DNA from: Piedraia hortae CBS 480.64
Lineage: Eukaryota
Reading direction: 5' to 3'
Assembly (NCBI GenBank): GCA_010093745.1
Contig: MU005964.1
Coordinates: forward strand, 186,001 to 250,000
Length of the DNA: 64,000 nt
A program made the translations under genes and the position numbers. Below are positions 1 to 10,830 of this stretch, piece after piece (position 1 is the first letter of the stretch; every line of letters starts with the position of its first letter). The notes beneath the pieces were generated by a model. The model was given only the letters and a program-made list of their open reading frames with translations. It made no database searches and was not told the DNA's origin.

Positions 1-1793
1 ACGGGTTCGCATCATAAGTGACAGGTCCTCTTGAACCTGCTCTTCGTCTGCTCTGGTTCGTTTTTATTCGCTCGAAACGACCGTTCTCGTACTGTTCGTC
101 GGGGTCGCGCTCTTCTTCTTCCTCTTCTTTGGCCTTTTCAGAGGGTTCTTCGTCGCCAAATTCCTCTGGCGAGGCATCGGGATTGGCCTGTTGTGCCTGC
201 GTTTGGAGTTTGCGCAAGAAGGCTTCTGATTGTTGCGAGTACTTGCATTTTGCGCGGATAGTGGCGCCGTATTTGTAGAAGAGGAAGGGGAAGGGTACGC
301 ATGCTAGGGCCAAGAAGGCGGGGATGGATGATGCCCAATGGATTCCAAGGTTTTTGTACATGTCGGTTGTGAAGAGTGGGAAGACGGCACCAAAAACGGA
401 TCGCATGACGGCGTTGGCGGCCAAGACAGAAGCGGCGAATATGGTGTAAGCATCGATGAGGTAGTTCATGATGCCGAGGAAGACGAGAACCATTCCAAAG
501 CCAAAGGGAACGCCAGCTGCGATGGAAACCATCCAGTGAACGCTGCGTCCGTTGGTCCAGGCGAACCAGAAAAGCCCAATAGGGATGGCAATGCCTCCAA
601 TCATGGTCATCGGAAGACGGGCTTCTGGCGGTGCAAAGCCCTTGTGTTGGTCGGAAATCTTGCTATAGCGGACATTATCCCAGATGCAGTATGCGAGGGC
701 AATGACCATGCCGACAGCAACTCCCATGAATGCAAGGCCGCCGATTCCAGCAGTCCAGTGTCTCTGCTTCTGATAGACAATGGGGAAGGCAGCAAACATC
801 ATGTACAGCGTGCCATAGATGACAGCTGCGTAGAGGGAAAACAAGAAGACAATGGGCTCACGGAAGAGCAGAATCCATGGTCGCAGTAGGGACGTCTTGA
901 AGACGTAGCCAAACGAGAGTTTGCCCTGATCAGCCTCGGCCTGGGAGATGTAGACCTTGCCAGTCAATTTGCTGAGCTTACTCGCTCGACGACGGAGAAT
1001 GACTGGGGCATAAGTTTCGGGGATCAACAAGGAGCCAATGATCCAGAAAACGCCAGTGAAGATGGCCATAACACCCATGACCCAGCGCCAGCCAACAGTC
1101 TGGCCAACAAATCCGCCAACCACGGGCCCAAGCACGGGACCCATGAAGGGAGCGGCAGCGAACAAGGCTGTGGCAAGGCCACGTTGCTTGGCAGCAAACA
1201 TATCAGCAATCACACCGCCCGAGTTGGTCAGGGGAGATGAGCCGATGGCGCCAGCAAAGAAGCGCATGACCACCAAGCCGGCAATGTTTGGGCTTCCCGC
1301 TACACCGGCATTGAAGGCCGTCATAACACCGTATGTGATCACATACAGGATCTGACGACCAAACAGCTCTGACAGCGGAGCCCAGAGTAAAGGCCCAACA
1401 GCGAAGCCGAGCACCTACAAGACTGTCAGTTGTGAAATGGAAATCAGTCAATGTACTTACGAAAAAGGTCAACCCTAGGGTAAATACTATTTGGCTAACG
1501 TGGAAATCGGTGATGATACCAACTCCACCACCGCCATACGCGCTGGACACAAAAGCCACAGCCAATGTAGCCATGGCCACCAGCGCGGTCAAGAACCATT
1601 TTGTCTTGTTGCTGTACAGCATGGGGTTTCTGGGGTCATTTGGAATCCAGTTGACAACGTAAGGATCTTCTTGGGTTCCGGATCCAGGGTATTTGTGATT
1701 CTGGACTTCGGGAGTGATGCCTTCGACATCGAACACTTGTTTCCATAGCGGGATGCGCGTCGACCTTTGCGACTCCAAATCCTTTTCCGTCAT
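1..1793 (-). CDS. MFS drug:H+ antiporter (DHA1-like) transporter, 3' end runs off the window
   Basis: ATG at 1793. N-terminal 'YPGSGTQEDPYVVNWIPNDPRNP' is typical of fungal DHA1 MFS. Intron 1460-1415 (GTAAGT...TAG) restores VLGFAVGPLLWAPLSELFGRQ. The frame stays open to base 1. Confidence 0.9.
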
Positions 1794-2111
1794 ACTGTGG
1801 TGCTGTGTCTGCTGTGGGCGCTCAGGAGAGCAGCGGGGTCTTATAGGCGGTGACGTAGTTTTGGCTGCAGCCTTTCGGGTGACGAATGATCCGAGAGGAG
1901 CGCCAATCGCGTCAACCGTTTCCGGCGGCCCAGCCTCGGCCGGTGAGCCGTCCAGTTAAAAACGAGCGGGCCGCGCCGACAAGCCACTCGTTGATCGCCA
2001 TCCGGATTATCGGAACATCGCTTCCAGATGACAGCAGCATGACTTTTTTGACAGCCTGTATTTAGCTGTGTCTCTGACGCTGCATTAATCTCTGCATTTA
2101 GCTACAACCTG

Positions 2112-3396
2112 TCATATCTTGACACTCCATGGATGCTCTTCTTCGCCGTACTGAATCCCCTCGATCCAGTCCTTCATTCTCTTCGTGACTTTCCCCACTT
2201 CCACATCTGCAGGCAGGCCGCAGTCGATTGTGCGGTCGCGCCAAGAGATGCTGCGCACCGGAGAAACGACAGCCGCAGTGCCCGAGCCGAAAATCTCCAT
2301 CAAGCGACCTTCGTCAGCCGCTTCGGCTACCTCTCGCATGGTGAATTTGCGCTCGCACACTTTCCAGCCTTCGGGGACCAGTCTCTCGCGTGCAAGGGCC
2401 AGGATGCTGTCGCGAACAACTCCCTCTAGGATAGTCCCGTCTAGCGGGGCTGTTACAAGCTCCGGCTGCCCATCTTTGCCTTTTATGCAAGCAAACAAGT
2501 TCATGGTACCGACTTCGGTGACATAGTCCTCCTGTCTCCCCGTCTTGGGATCAATGTCCTCAAACAGCCAGAGGTTCTGCTGAAGACCTCTTTGAGCAGC
2601 CTTCATCTGAGGGACGACGCAGGGTGCGTAGTTGGCACCTAGCTTGGAATTGCCTACACCACCGGGCCACGCTCGGACGGCATACGTCGTGGCTTCTAGT
2701 GCAATGGCCTTGAAGCCAGTAGGGTAGTATGGCCCAACCGGCGAGGCAATCATGTAAAGCAAGGCTGAGCCTGGAGGACCAACTCCAAGCGTACGCTGCG
2801 TGCCAATAATGTTGGGTCGCAGGTAGAGAGAATAACCCCTCTCCCTAAACCGCTGATTAGTTTGCACTGTAAACAGTCTGACGTGCAACTTACGAAGGGA
2901 TGAACCTCTCATCCAGGTGACAAAACTTCTTGATCAGCTCAATGAACTTCTCAGACTCAAACGTAGGCAGGGCGATGCGGGCAGCGCTCTTGTTCAGACG
3001 CGCCATGTTCTTGTCTGGGCGAAAGAGACGAACGTTGCCCTGCTTGTCCTTGTAAGCCTTTGTGCCTTCAAACGCTTCAAACGCGTAGTGAAGGACACAT
3101 GTTGCCGGGTCCAGACTGAGGTTCTGGTACGGCTTGATGTGCGGCGCCAGCCAACCGTCCTTGGCGGTCCATTCAAGACTAATCATGTGGTCGGTGAATG
3201 TGTGCCCAAACACGAGTTTATGATTAGGAAGGACATCCTTTGGCGTTGTGGTCTTCGTGATTTGCAGCTTGGACAGGTCTATGGCCCGTAGGCGCGGGTC
3301 AGCAGCATCGGGAGCCTGGATAGAATACGCCCGGGACGATTTCCACGATACATGGCTACAGACGTTCGCTCGCGGGAGCAGCGAGCGAGGGTTCAT
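2112..3396 (-). CDS. BAT1: Branched-chain amino acid aminotransferase (mitochondrial-type)
   Basis: Motifs LHYAFEAFEG, YLRP, KLGANY, EVGTMN and ILEGVVR. ATG at 3396. Intron 2893-2845 (GTAAGT...TAG) joins the two ORFs. Confidence 0.93.
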
Positions 3397-3484
3397 TATT
3401 ATTTTATCCTTTTTTTTTTTTTTTTTGGTGAAAGGATTGTGGGTTGAAACCCCCAGAAATTCGGAGTGGAAGCAAGAGGCCACC

Positions 3485-5650
3485 ATGTTTACCAAGGCGC
3501 TGTCGTCTCTGACGTCCAACATCTCGTCAAACTACACTATAAGTCCTCAGCCCAGTAGTCGCTCTGGGCCATGGCGCATTTTTGATGCCAAGCGCAAGCA
3601 GACCGGCAAGGCTGTCTCGGTCTTTATTTTTGATCCCAAGACGCTGCACGCGCCGGGACTCTCTCTGGGCGGCCGCAGCGGCGTGTCCAGCCTAAAAAGG
3701 ACTCATGATGAGGCCGTGGAGCGGTTGCGGCGGGAAGCCAGCTCTCTCGCCAGACTGCGCCATCCGAGCATCCTGGAGCTGCAGGAGCCGGTGGAGGAGA
3801 CGAGAAACGGCGGCTTGATGTTCGTCACTGAGCCTGTTAGTGCCAGTCTGGCGAGTCTTTTGCATGAAATGGACGATGGAGCCCGCGTCAGTCGATATGT
3901 CGTAGACGACAGAGACGGAACCAGGAAGCTGGAAATGGACGAACTCGAGATCCAAAAGGGTCTACTTCAACTGGGCAAAGGTCTAGAGTTTTTGCACGAG
4001 AGCGCAGGCCTCGTTCATGCCAATCTGACACCAGATGCCGTGCTCATCAACGCAAAAGGCGACTGGAAGATTGGGGGGTTGGCATTTTGCGGGCCTAGTG
4101 ATCAAACCTCAACCTCTTCCATGCCCTCTATCAATCTCGGGGAAGTCTTAAACTACGATTCCCTCCTCCCACTGCAACTCGACTATACCAGCCCAGACTT
4201 TGTCCTCGACAACAACTACAACCCATCAGCCGACATGTTCTCTCTCGGCTTGTTAATCATATCGTTATACAACCATCCCCATACCTCACCCATCCGCACC
4301 AACGGATCCCTTACAGCCTACAAACGCATCTTCACCAACTCCAGCAGCATCCCCACTCAAAGAAACAACTTCTGCCTTCCCACAACCCATCCTTTGCCCC
4401 CAACCCTCTCCACCCTCCTCCCCCGCCTCATAACCCGCCGCCCCGCGCAGCGTCTCACGGCGCGTCAATTCCAAGAAAGTCCTTATTTCGACAACATCCT
4501 CGTCCGCACGATCCGCTTTCTCGACGCCTTACCAACCAAAACCACCTCCGAGAAAACCACATTCCTCCGGGGCCTACCAACCCTCATCCCCCAATTCCCC
4601 GTTTCGGTCCTCTCAAAAAAACTCCTCCCAACCCTCTTAGACGAAACAAAAGACAAATCCCTCCTCGCGCCCCTACTTTCCAACATCTTCGTCATCCTCA
4701 AAATCCTCCCGGAGGGAAGAAACAACCCCTTCTCAACCCTCATCCTCCCAAAACTAGTCGAGCTCTTCCCGGGTGGACGACCCCCCGAAGAAACAGCTGC
4801 AGCACTAATCCTCCTTTTAGAAAACACCCCAACCATCCTCCCCCACACGAGCGGGAAACAATTCCACGACTCAATCCTGCCAATAATCCTCTCCAGCCTC
4901 GACGCGGGAAACCCGCACGGGGTGGTAGACGCGGCGTTAGCAACCCTCCCACACATCCTCCCCGTACTGGATTTCGGGACGGTGAAACTCAGCCTCTTTC
5001 CGGCGGTCGCGGGTGTTTTTACAAAGACTTCGTCGATGGGGGTTAAGATTCGGTGTTTGGAGGCTTTCTCGCGTTTGCTGGGGGAGGGAGGAAAGCCAGT
5101 GATTTTGGATAGGGGGGTTGTGAAGGGGAGGGTTATTCCCCTTCTGAGGGGGATAAAGACCAAGGAACCGGGGGTTATGATCGCTGCGCTGGGGGTTTTG
5201 GAGTTGGTTGTTGAGGTTGTGGATGCGGATGCGGAGGTGCTGGCGTTGGAGGTGATGCCGGTACTGTGGGCGATGGCGTTGGGGCCGTTGTTGGATAAGG
5301 CGCAGTTTGAGAAGTTTGTGGGGCTGATAGGGAGGGTTACGGATAAGGTGGTGGGGGAGCAGAGGAGGAGGTTGAGGGGGGAGGAGAGGAATGGGGTTGA
5401 GGGGGAGAGTGGGTTTGAAGAGTTGGTTTCGGGGAGGAGGAGGAGGAGGAGGGATGCTTCGCGGGTGGATGATACTTGGGGAGATGAGCAGGCGGGAGGG
5501 ATAGAGCAGGTTATAACGCCGATTGCGCCGCCGCCGATGCAGTGGGAGTTGCCTGTGCGGAATACGACGACATCTACCATCACGGGTATGGGAGGGACGA
5601 ACGTGTGGCAGGATGAGAACGAGAGGGACCAGCACGGTAGCCTCATCTAA
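3485..5650 (+). CDS. SCY1: SCY1-like protein pseudokinase with HEAT repeats
   Basis: MFTKALSSLTSNISSNY start, LARLRHPSILE, HANLTP in place of HRD, DMFSLG, and a helical C-terminus (IKTKEPGVM). Confidence 0.88.
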   Translation: MFTKALSSLTSNISSNYTISPQPSSRSGPWRIFDAKRKQTGKAVSVFIFDPKTLHAPGLSLGGRSGVSSLKRTHDEAVERLRREASSLARLRHPSILELQEPVEETRNGGLMFVTEPVSASLASLLHEMDDGARVSRYVVDDRDGTRKLEMDELEIQKGLLQLGKGLEFLHESAGLVHANLTPDAVLINAKGDWKIGGLAFCGPSDQTSTSSMPSINLGEVLNYDSLLPLQLDYTSPDFVLDNNYNPSADMFSLGLLIISLYNHPHTSPIRTNGSLTAYKRIFTNSSSIPTQRNNFCLPTTHPLPPTLSTLLPRLITRRPAQRLTARQFQESPYFDNILVRTIRFLDALPTKTTSEKTTFLRGLPTLIPQFPVSVLSKKLLPTLLDETKDKSLLAPLLSNIFVILKILPEGRNNPFSTLILPKLVELFPGGRPPEETAAALILLLENTPTILPHTSGKQFHDSILPIILSSLDAGNPHGVVDAALATLPHILPVLDFGTVKLSLFPAVAGVFTKTSSMGVKIRCLEAFSRLLGEGGKPVILDRGVVKGRVIPLLRGIKTKEPGVMIAALGVLELVVEVVDADAEVLALEVMPVLWAMALGPLLDKAQFEKFVGLIGRVTDKVVGEQRRRLRGEERNGVEGESGFEELVSGRRRRRRDASRVDDTWGDEQAGGIEQVITPIAPPPMQWELPVRNTTTSTITGMGGTNVWQDENERDQHGSLI

Positions 5651-5705
5651 TGTCTTACGCTTTAGTACATACAGCCTATCAATCTTACAACCCCATCATT
5701 AAGCA

Positions 5706-7930
5706 TCAAGCCTTGAGTCTCCTCTCCTCACACTTTACGCAAACAACCCCCTCGCCCCTGATAAAAAACCTCTCATCCTCAAACGGGCTCTTACACTCCT
5801 ACATTGCGTTAGCATCTCTCCCCCTTTCACATCATTCCCACTCACCTCGCAAACAAAACACTCCGAATGCCACTCCGCGCCCAGCGCCTGCACAACCATC
5901 TCCGTGACAGGTTTCCTACACCTCCTACACTTGGGCGAGTACCTATTCGTATGACAATTCACACACCACGCGTACCCATCCTTTTCCACAAATGGGGTAG
6001 TAGCATCAAAAGGATCGCCGCATTGTGCGCAGAAGAAGTGTCCTTCGTGCCAGTGCGCTCCACAGGCGACGATGGCGTGTTTCTCAATAGGCGTTTTGCA
6101 GGATTTGCACCGTGGGGAGAAGAGCTCGTGGTAGTCTAAATGGCAGAAGAACTTGGGAGGGGAAGGGAGGGATGCTTCGTCGTTGGGTTGGGGCTCCGGG
6201 TAGAAGGCTACAAGTTCGAGGTTGGTTCCGCATTGGTGGCAGACGAAGCAGGAGGGGTGGAAGCGGTGGTCTGCTGCGCTGAGGATCCGGCCTGCAATGG
6301 GTTCGCTGCAGCTTGCGCAGTGGATTGAGGAGGAGGAGGATATCCATGGGGTGGTGTGTGGTGTGGATTTCAGCGCTCCCGTTGTGTGGGCGTGGATGGG
6401 ACGGGGGCGGGTGGTAGGACCTCCCTTTGGTGGTTGGGGTTCCTCGTCCGGGAGGCAGATGGTTGGGACTGGTGGGCTTGGGTCTGTGGTGATTTGGATG
6501 CTTGGGGTGCTGTCATCAACCTGGATGGTTGGGATGGATGGTGGTTCGTCGGGCACGCAGATAATGGGGATAGGCGGACGTTTAGGGGACTCCTCCTTGG
6601 GTTTCCAGTCTCGATCGAAACTGACGATTGGCCTGCCAGGTCGATCACTAACCATTGATGGCTGCGGCAAATTTGGACTGCGATCCCTCCGTTGCTTAGA
6701 TGTCGCATCTCGAATGTCCCGTCCACGCAGCTCCTTGCCGTCTTTGGTTTCCACCTCCAAACTGGGCAGATGACTAGTAGAATTGTATGTATATCCTGCA
6801 TTTCGTGATTGGCTAGGCGGGTTTCTCTGGATCTCGACCCGGTCAAATCGAGAACTGCCGCTGCTGGCTATAGGCAGCACCGGAGCAGAGGAGGAATGAG
6901 GAAGGCGATCGGCCTGCATCCTGGCCCTTGCGAATGGGTTCCTTCTGGCATACGAAGGTGGTTGAACAGGCGTTATGGCTGGCTTCTTGGGTTCTTCCAT
7001 CGGTGCTTCCTCCACCTTGGGCTTCAATACAATCTCCGCCGGCTCGTCTTCCCATATGCGGTCCTCTGGCTTCATGAACATTTTACTCTTCTCGCCGCTC
7101 ATGATCCGCTTGTACCCGCTGCTGGACCGTCGAGCGGCAGTGGCAATGTCGTCCTTCACCGCACTTTTCAATGCACCATAGCTTTTCCCGGATGGAGACC
7201 TTTTACCGGAGCCGGTGAGTGAAGCCCTCGTGTCCCCAACAATGGAAGCCTTCTTGTTAGCACTCCCGGTAATTGAATCCCTGTCGATTTCACTCAGTGA
7301 AGCCCTCTTATATTCACTCATCTTCCGCACCACCGGCAACGATCCATGAAACGTTTTTCGACATTCCTTCTTGCCATTGCCCAGTTCAGGATTAACATAC
7401 GGCTTTCCAATTTCCATCTCAGCAGCGACCGGGTTTCGATGTTTCCACACCAATTCACTGGCCTCTTCTTGAGCTGCCTCATGAATCCGCCTCTCCTCTT
7501 CATCCATATCTTCCAGAGCCAAACGCTCCACACGACGAGTGACGTTTTCCACAGGACTCGACTCCTTCTTTGGTGTTGTATTGGGTGGCATCTCACTCAC
7601 CGTCCGGGGCGGCATGGGTCGCACCAATGGCCGGCCCGCAAACGGACTCTTGATGCGAGATGGCAGCGCCTCGGGCGTTGCGGGCATGGTGTTTCTTGTT
7701 GGCAATGCTGGTCGGGCATTGTCAGATGGTGTCTTGCTGACGGTTTCCACCTGCTTCTGGCTCTGAAATTTGGAAGGAGGCGGCGGTCTTGAGCCTGATG
7801 GCCTGGACGGTGTTCTGCTCGATCGCAAATGCTCAAGATAGGAGGATGCAACAGGCGACTCTGAACGAGCCATTGACGGTTGATCTAACCCGTGCTGGGT
7901 CCCATAGGGTCCTCTACTGCGCTCGTACAT
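5706..7930 (-). CDS. LIM-domain (paxillin-like) protein with three C-terminal LIM domains
   Basis: CASC..H..C..C, CKSC..H..H..C and CRRC..H..C..C motifs. Intron 5847-5799 (GTGAGT...TAG) completes the third LIM (ECKSPF...CVKC) and ends at TGA 5706. Start codon uncertain. Confidence 0.85.
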
Positions 7931-8277
7931 GCCTCTGTTGATGTGGCAGCGCGATCAAAGAAGGATGCGGTTTGGGGTTGGCACGGAATTGAAGCGAGCT
8001 GTGGACAAAAAACTACGCGATCCAATACAATTTTTAAATAAGTGAGCGAGTGTATGCGGATGTCCAACGTTGGCTGCCGGATCGGAAAGAAAATCACCTG
8101 TTGATGTTTTTCTCAATGCGGAATAGCCGTTTTTGGCCCTAGCAACATATGAGCCTAAATCCCCGCATACGTCATTGGCGTCTGCCATCGGCTGGGGTTC
8201 GGACCCTGATGGACGACCGGGATAATCCAAGATGAAGGAGGGGGGTGGGCGGGGGGAGGGGGAGAAGGGGGGTGTGT

Positions 8278-9819
8278 TCACACTTCAGCTTTCTGTACCC
8301 GCAGTAGACAGTACTTGCCATCCGCCCCTACAGGCTCGGCAACGTACCCCCCACGCTGAACCATTCCATTATCGTAAGCAACGTCGGTTTCAAACTCACT
8401 CCAAATGGCCGCAACGGTGGCCTTCATGTCCAGCATGGCGAGATTGCTACCAATGCACATCCTACCGCCGCTGCTAAAGGCCCAAAACCATTTATTCATT
8501 TCACGTCTGTGCTTTTCATCAGCATTGAGCCAACGCTCCGGACGCCAAGCCTCGGCGTCGGGAAAAACAGATTCGTTGCGGTGCAGTGACCACGCTTGAC
8601 TCTGCACACGCACCCCGCTAGGAAGTCCTATAAGGGTGCCAAAAGTTGCTCCTGCCGGTGTCACCCGCGGCTGCGGACCTGGGATTGCCGTGTGCAGCCG
8701 CAACGTTTCCATTAGCGTTGCGTGCAACACCGGTAGCGCGTCCAGCGCTTTGGCATCGTGCACGTCGACTCCTTGAAGTTCTTCGCAAAGTCGTCGCTGC
8801 CAATCTTTGTGATCCGGCTTCGAGATCTGCCAGGCATAAAAAGTTAGTGTTATGCTTGATGTATCGAAGCCGGCCAAGGTATGGTCCAGCAGCTCACTGG
8901 CCACTGATAATTGGCGATTGTCTGCTGTCCCATTAACAGAGGCTTTGTCGGCCAGTGCCAGAGCATTGACTAGCTGTGCATAAACAGTTGGATAGTCTTC
9001 TGGAGCGCATTCGCTTTCTCTAAGAGTTTCCTGAGCACCAATGCACATTCGCAGCAACGAAGCTTCGAGATCCGCATTAGCTTGGTCAACCCATTGTGGG
9101 ACGACAAGCCACTTTAGCCCAATCTGATCCAAGCACCACGTGGACCAGGGCATTTCTTGCGGCCAGAAATGGAACCGTTGCCGTGCCTTGTAATCCTCCA
9201 GAAAACGGGCCGTTTTGTCAGGATAATCGGTCAAGTTGGTGCCATTTCTCAAGCCAAAGACATATGCTGTCACAAAGTCGTGCATGATGGCCGCGAAAAT
9301 GTAGTAGAACTCTACAGGCTGGCCGCTGGCAACAACACGGCGTAGCAAAGGCTTCAGCCGGCCATCAAGCAAAGCTGAGCTAATGACCCCCAACGCCTGG
9401 TGGTTTTGCAACGAAGACTTTGCATATATATTAGAAAGCATCCGTTTACGACGAGAATGGTTGCCATGGTCCGGCATGGCAAACATGGGCATGAAGCCGT
9501 AGTTATTGAATCCATTGACGTACCATGTACCCTTTTCATATCCTCCACCGTATACTGTGCGTATGCCGCCATCAACGGAGTTTACGGAGAGGTCATTGGG
9601 ACCCAACCGCACGATAGGTCCGTGTTTCTGGTGTGCAGTGTGGGTTACTGGAGTGATGTCCTCCCTCCAGCGATGGTACAAGACCCAGAGGTTGGAAAAT
9701 GGAACTGACCAGTGTGCATTGGGAGCTTTGGCAAGTGGTGAGAGGAAGGCTGGGTACACTATCAGATGGTAAATGGCGAGGCCGAGGAGACCAAGGACGG
9801 CTAGCAATTGGTATTCCAT
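8278..9819 (-). CDS. Cytochrome P450 monooxygenase
   Basis: N-terminal membrane anchor, AGFDT I-helix, ETLR, PERW and heme motif FSSGGRMCIG. ATG at 9819. No intron. Confidence 0.95.
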   Translation of the reverse strand: MEYQLLAVLGLLGLAIYHLIVYPAFLSPLAKAPNAHWSVPFSNLWVLYHRWREDITPVTHTAHQKHGPIVRLGPNDLSVNSVDGGIRTVYGGGYEKGTWYVNGFNNYGFMPMFAMPDHGNHSRRKRMLSNIYAKSSLQNHQALGVISSALLDGRLKPLLRRVVASGQPVEFYYIFAAIMHDFVTAYVFGLRNGTNLTDYPDKTARFLEDYKARQRFHFWPQEMPWSTWCLDQIGLKWLVVPQWVDQANADLEASLLRMCIGAQETLRESECAPEDYPTVYAQLVNALALADKASVNGTADNRQLSVASELLDHTLAGFDTSSITLTFYAWQISKPDHKDWQRRLCEELQGVDVHDAKALDALPVLHATLMETLRLHTAIPGPQPRVTPAGATFGTLIGLPSGVRVQSQAWSLHRNESVFPDAEAWRPERWLNADEKHRREMNKWFWAFSSGGRMCIGSNLAMLDMKATVAAIWSEFETDVAYDNGMVQRGGYVAEPVGADGKYCLLRVQKAEV

Positions 9820-10830
9820 TGTTGAAGTCTCTAGCTGGTCCACCCCGCTTCTACCCCTCCATCAGCTAGATGTTCTACAAAGTCCGGGTTTCCAAAAGAG
9901 TCTTTCCGCCACCTAGGAAGTTAAATTGGTGCATTATCATCTTATAACAGATACATACCCTGACAGCAATCGCTATGAAGTGATCGCTGTCAGGGTCCAT
10001 CGTCATGATGCCTGCGTTTTCGGTGAAACAGACACGCGTACCCGAATCTGCGCATCGATTTCTGGGGAGAGTATCTACCAGGTTTCGAGGATAGGCTTCA
10101 GGCTTCAAAATCCACCAGGCGTTTGCCTTGTGTTTGCCAGAGTTTAGAGAACCTCGGTTCTTTGCGCCACAATGACGGTCATTCACCATATGGTGGAAGC
10201 AGAAACAAGAGTGATCGCTTTTTTGAAAAACCTGCTGCGCCGTCAAAGCGGCGCATCCCTTGGCTCCCAACTGTAATAAACGTGCATGTTATTGTTGTAT
10301 GTGCCATGCCGAGTCAGCCACTGAACCTTGGTGCCCCTTCCCGAAGCCCCAGGAATAGATAAATGACAGCGCAGATCCGAGGCTCTTCGCGACAACGGGC
10401 GCATGAAGCAACAAGGACAACAACAATAACAGCTGCAGGAACAACAACAATAACAAACAACCGGACCAACGTCGGATAAGTCGCCCGGTTTGCGACGTAC
10501 GCAAACAAGTTCGGGTAGCATCCCCAGATTTCTTTTTGAAACCGCTGACTCGCCAAGGCCCGACGCGGTCGTTTCGGCAACGGATGCTGGTCGAGGATCA
10601 TCTTCATGGCGTCGACACTTTGACACTCGCCCCCCATTGCTGTCTTCTCAGGAGACATCGGGGCCACCGGCCGCTCCTTCCCAACTCGTTGCTTCATTAC
10701 TGCCGCCTTTGCCTTATCCCGAGAAAATATACACTGCATCCAGACTTAATGATGAACAGCAAGTGACGGGCTCCTGTGCGCTTTAATTTTCCAAGAATCA
10801 AGGGAAAAAAAAAACAAAAAATCTTCCGTA

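Noticed and set aside
3248..3522. Apparent overlap of the SCY1 and BCAT ORFs, and of the MED19 and RAD10 ORFs near 23942-23995
   Set aside because: An artefact of the ORF caller using non-ATG starts. The plausible ATGs do not overlap.
4483..5646. Long antisense ORFs (387 aa here; also 338-889, 33643-34221, 36835-37560 and others)
   Set aside because: They are shadows of real genes on the opposite strand, favoured by codon bias and skew, with no recognisable domains.
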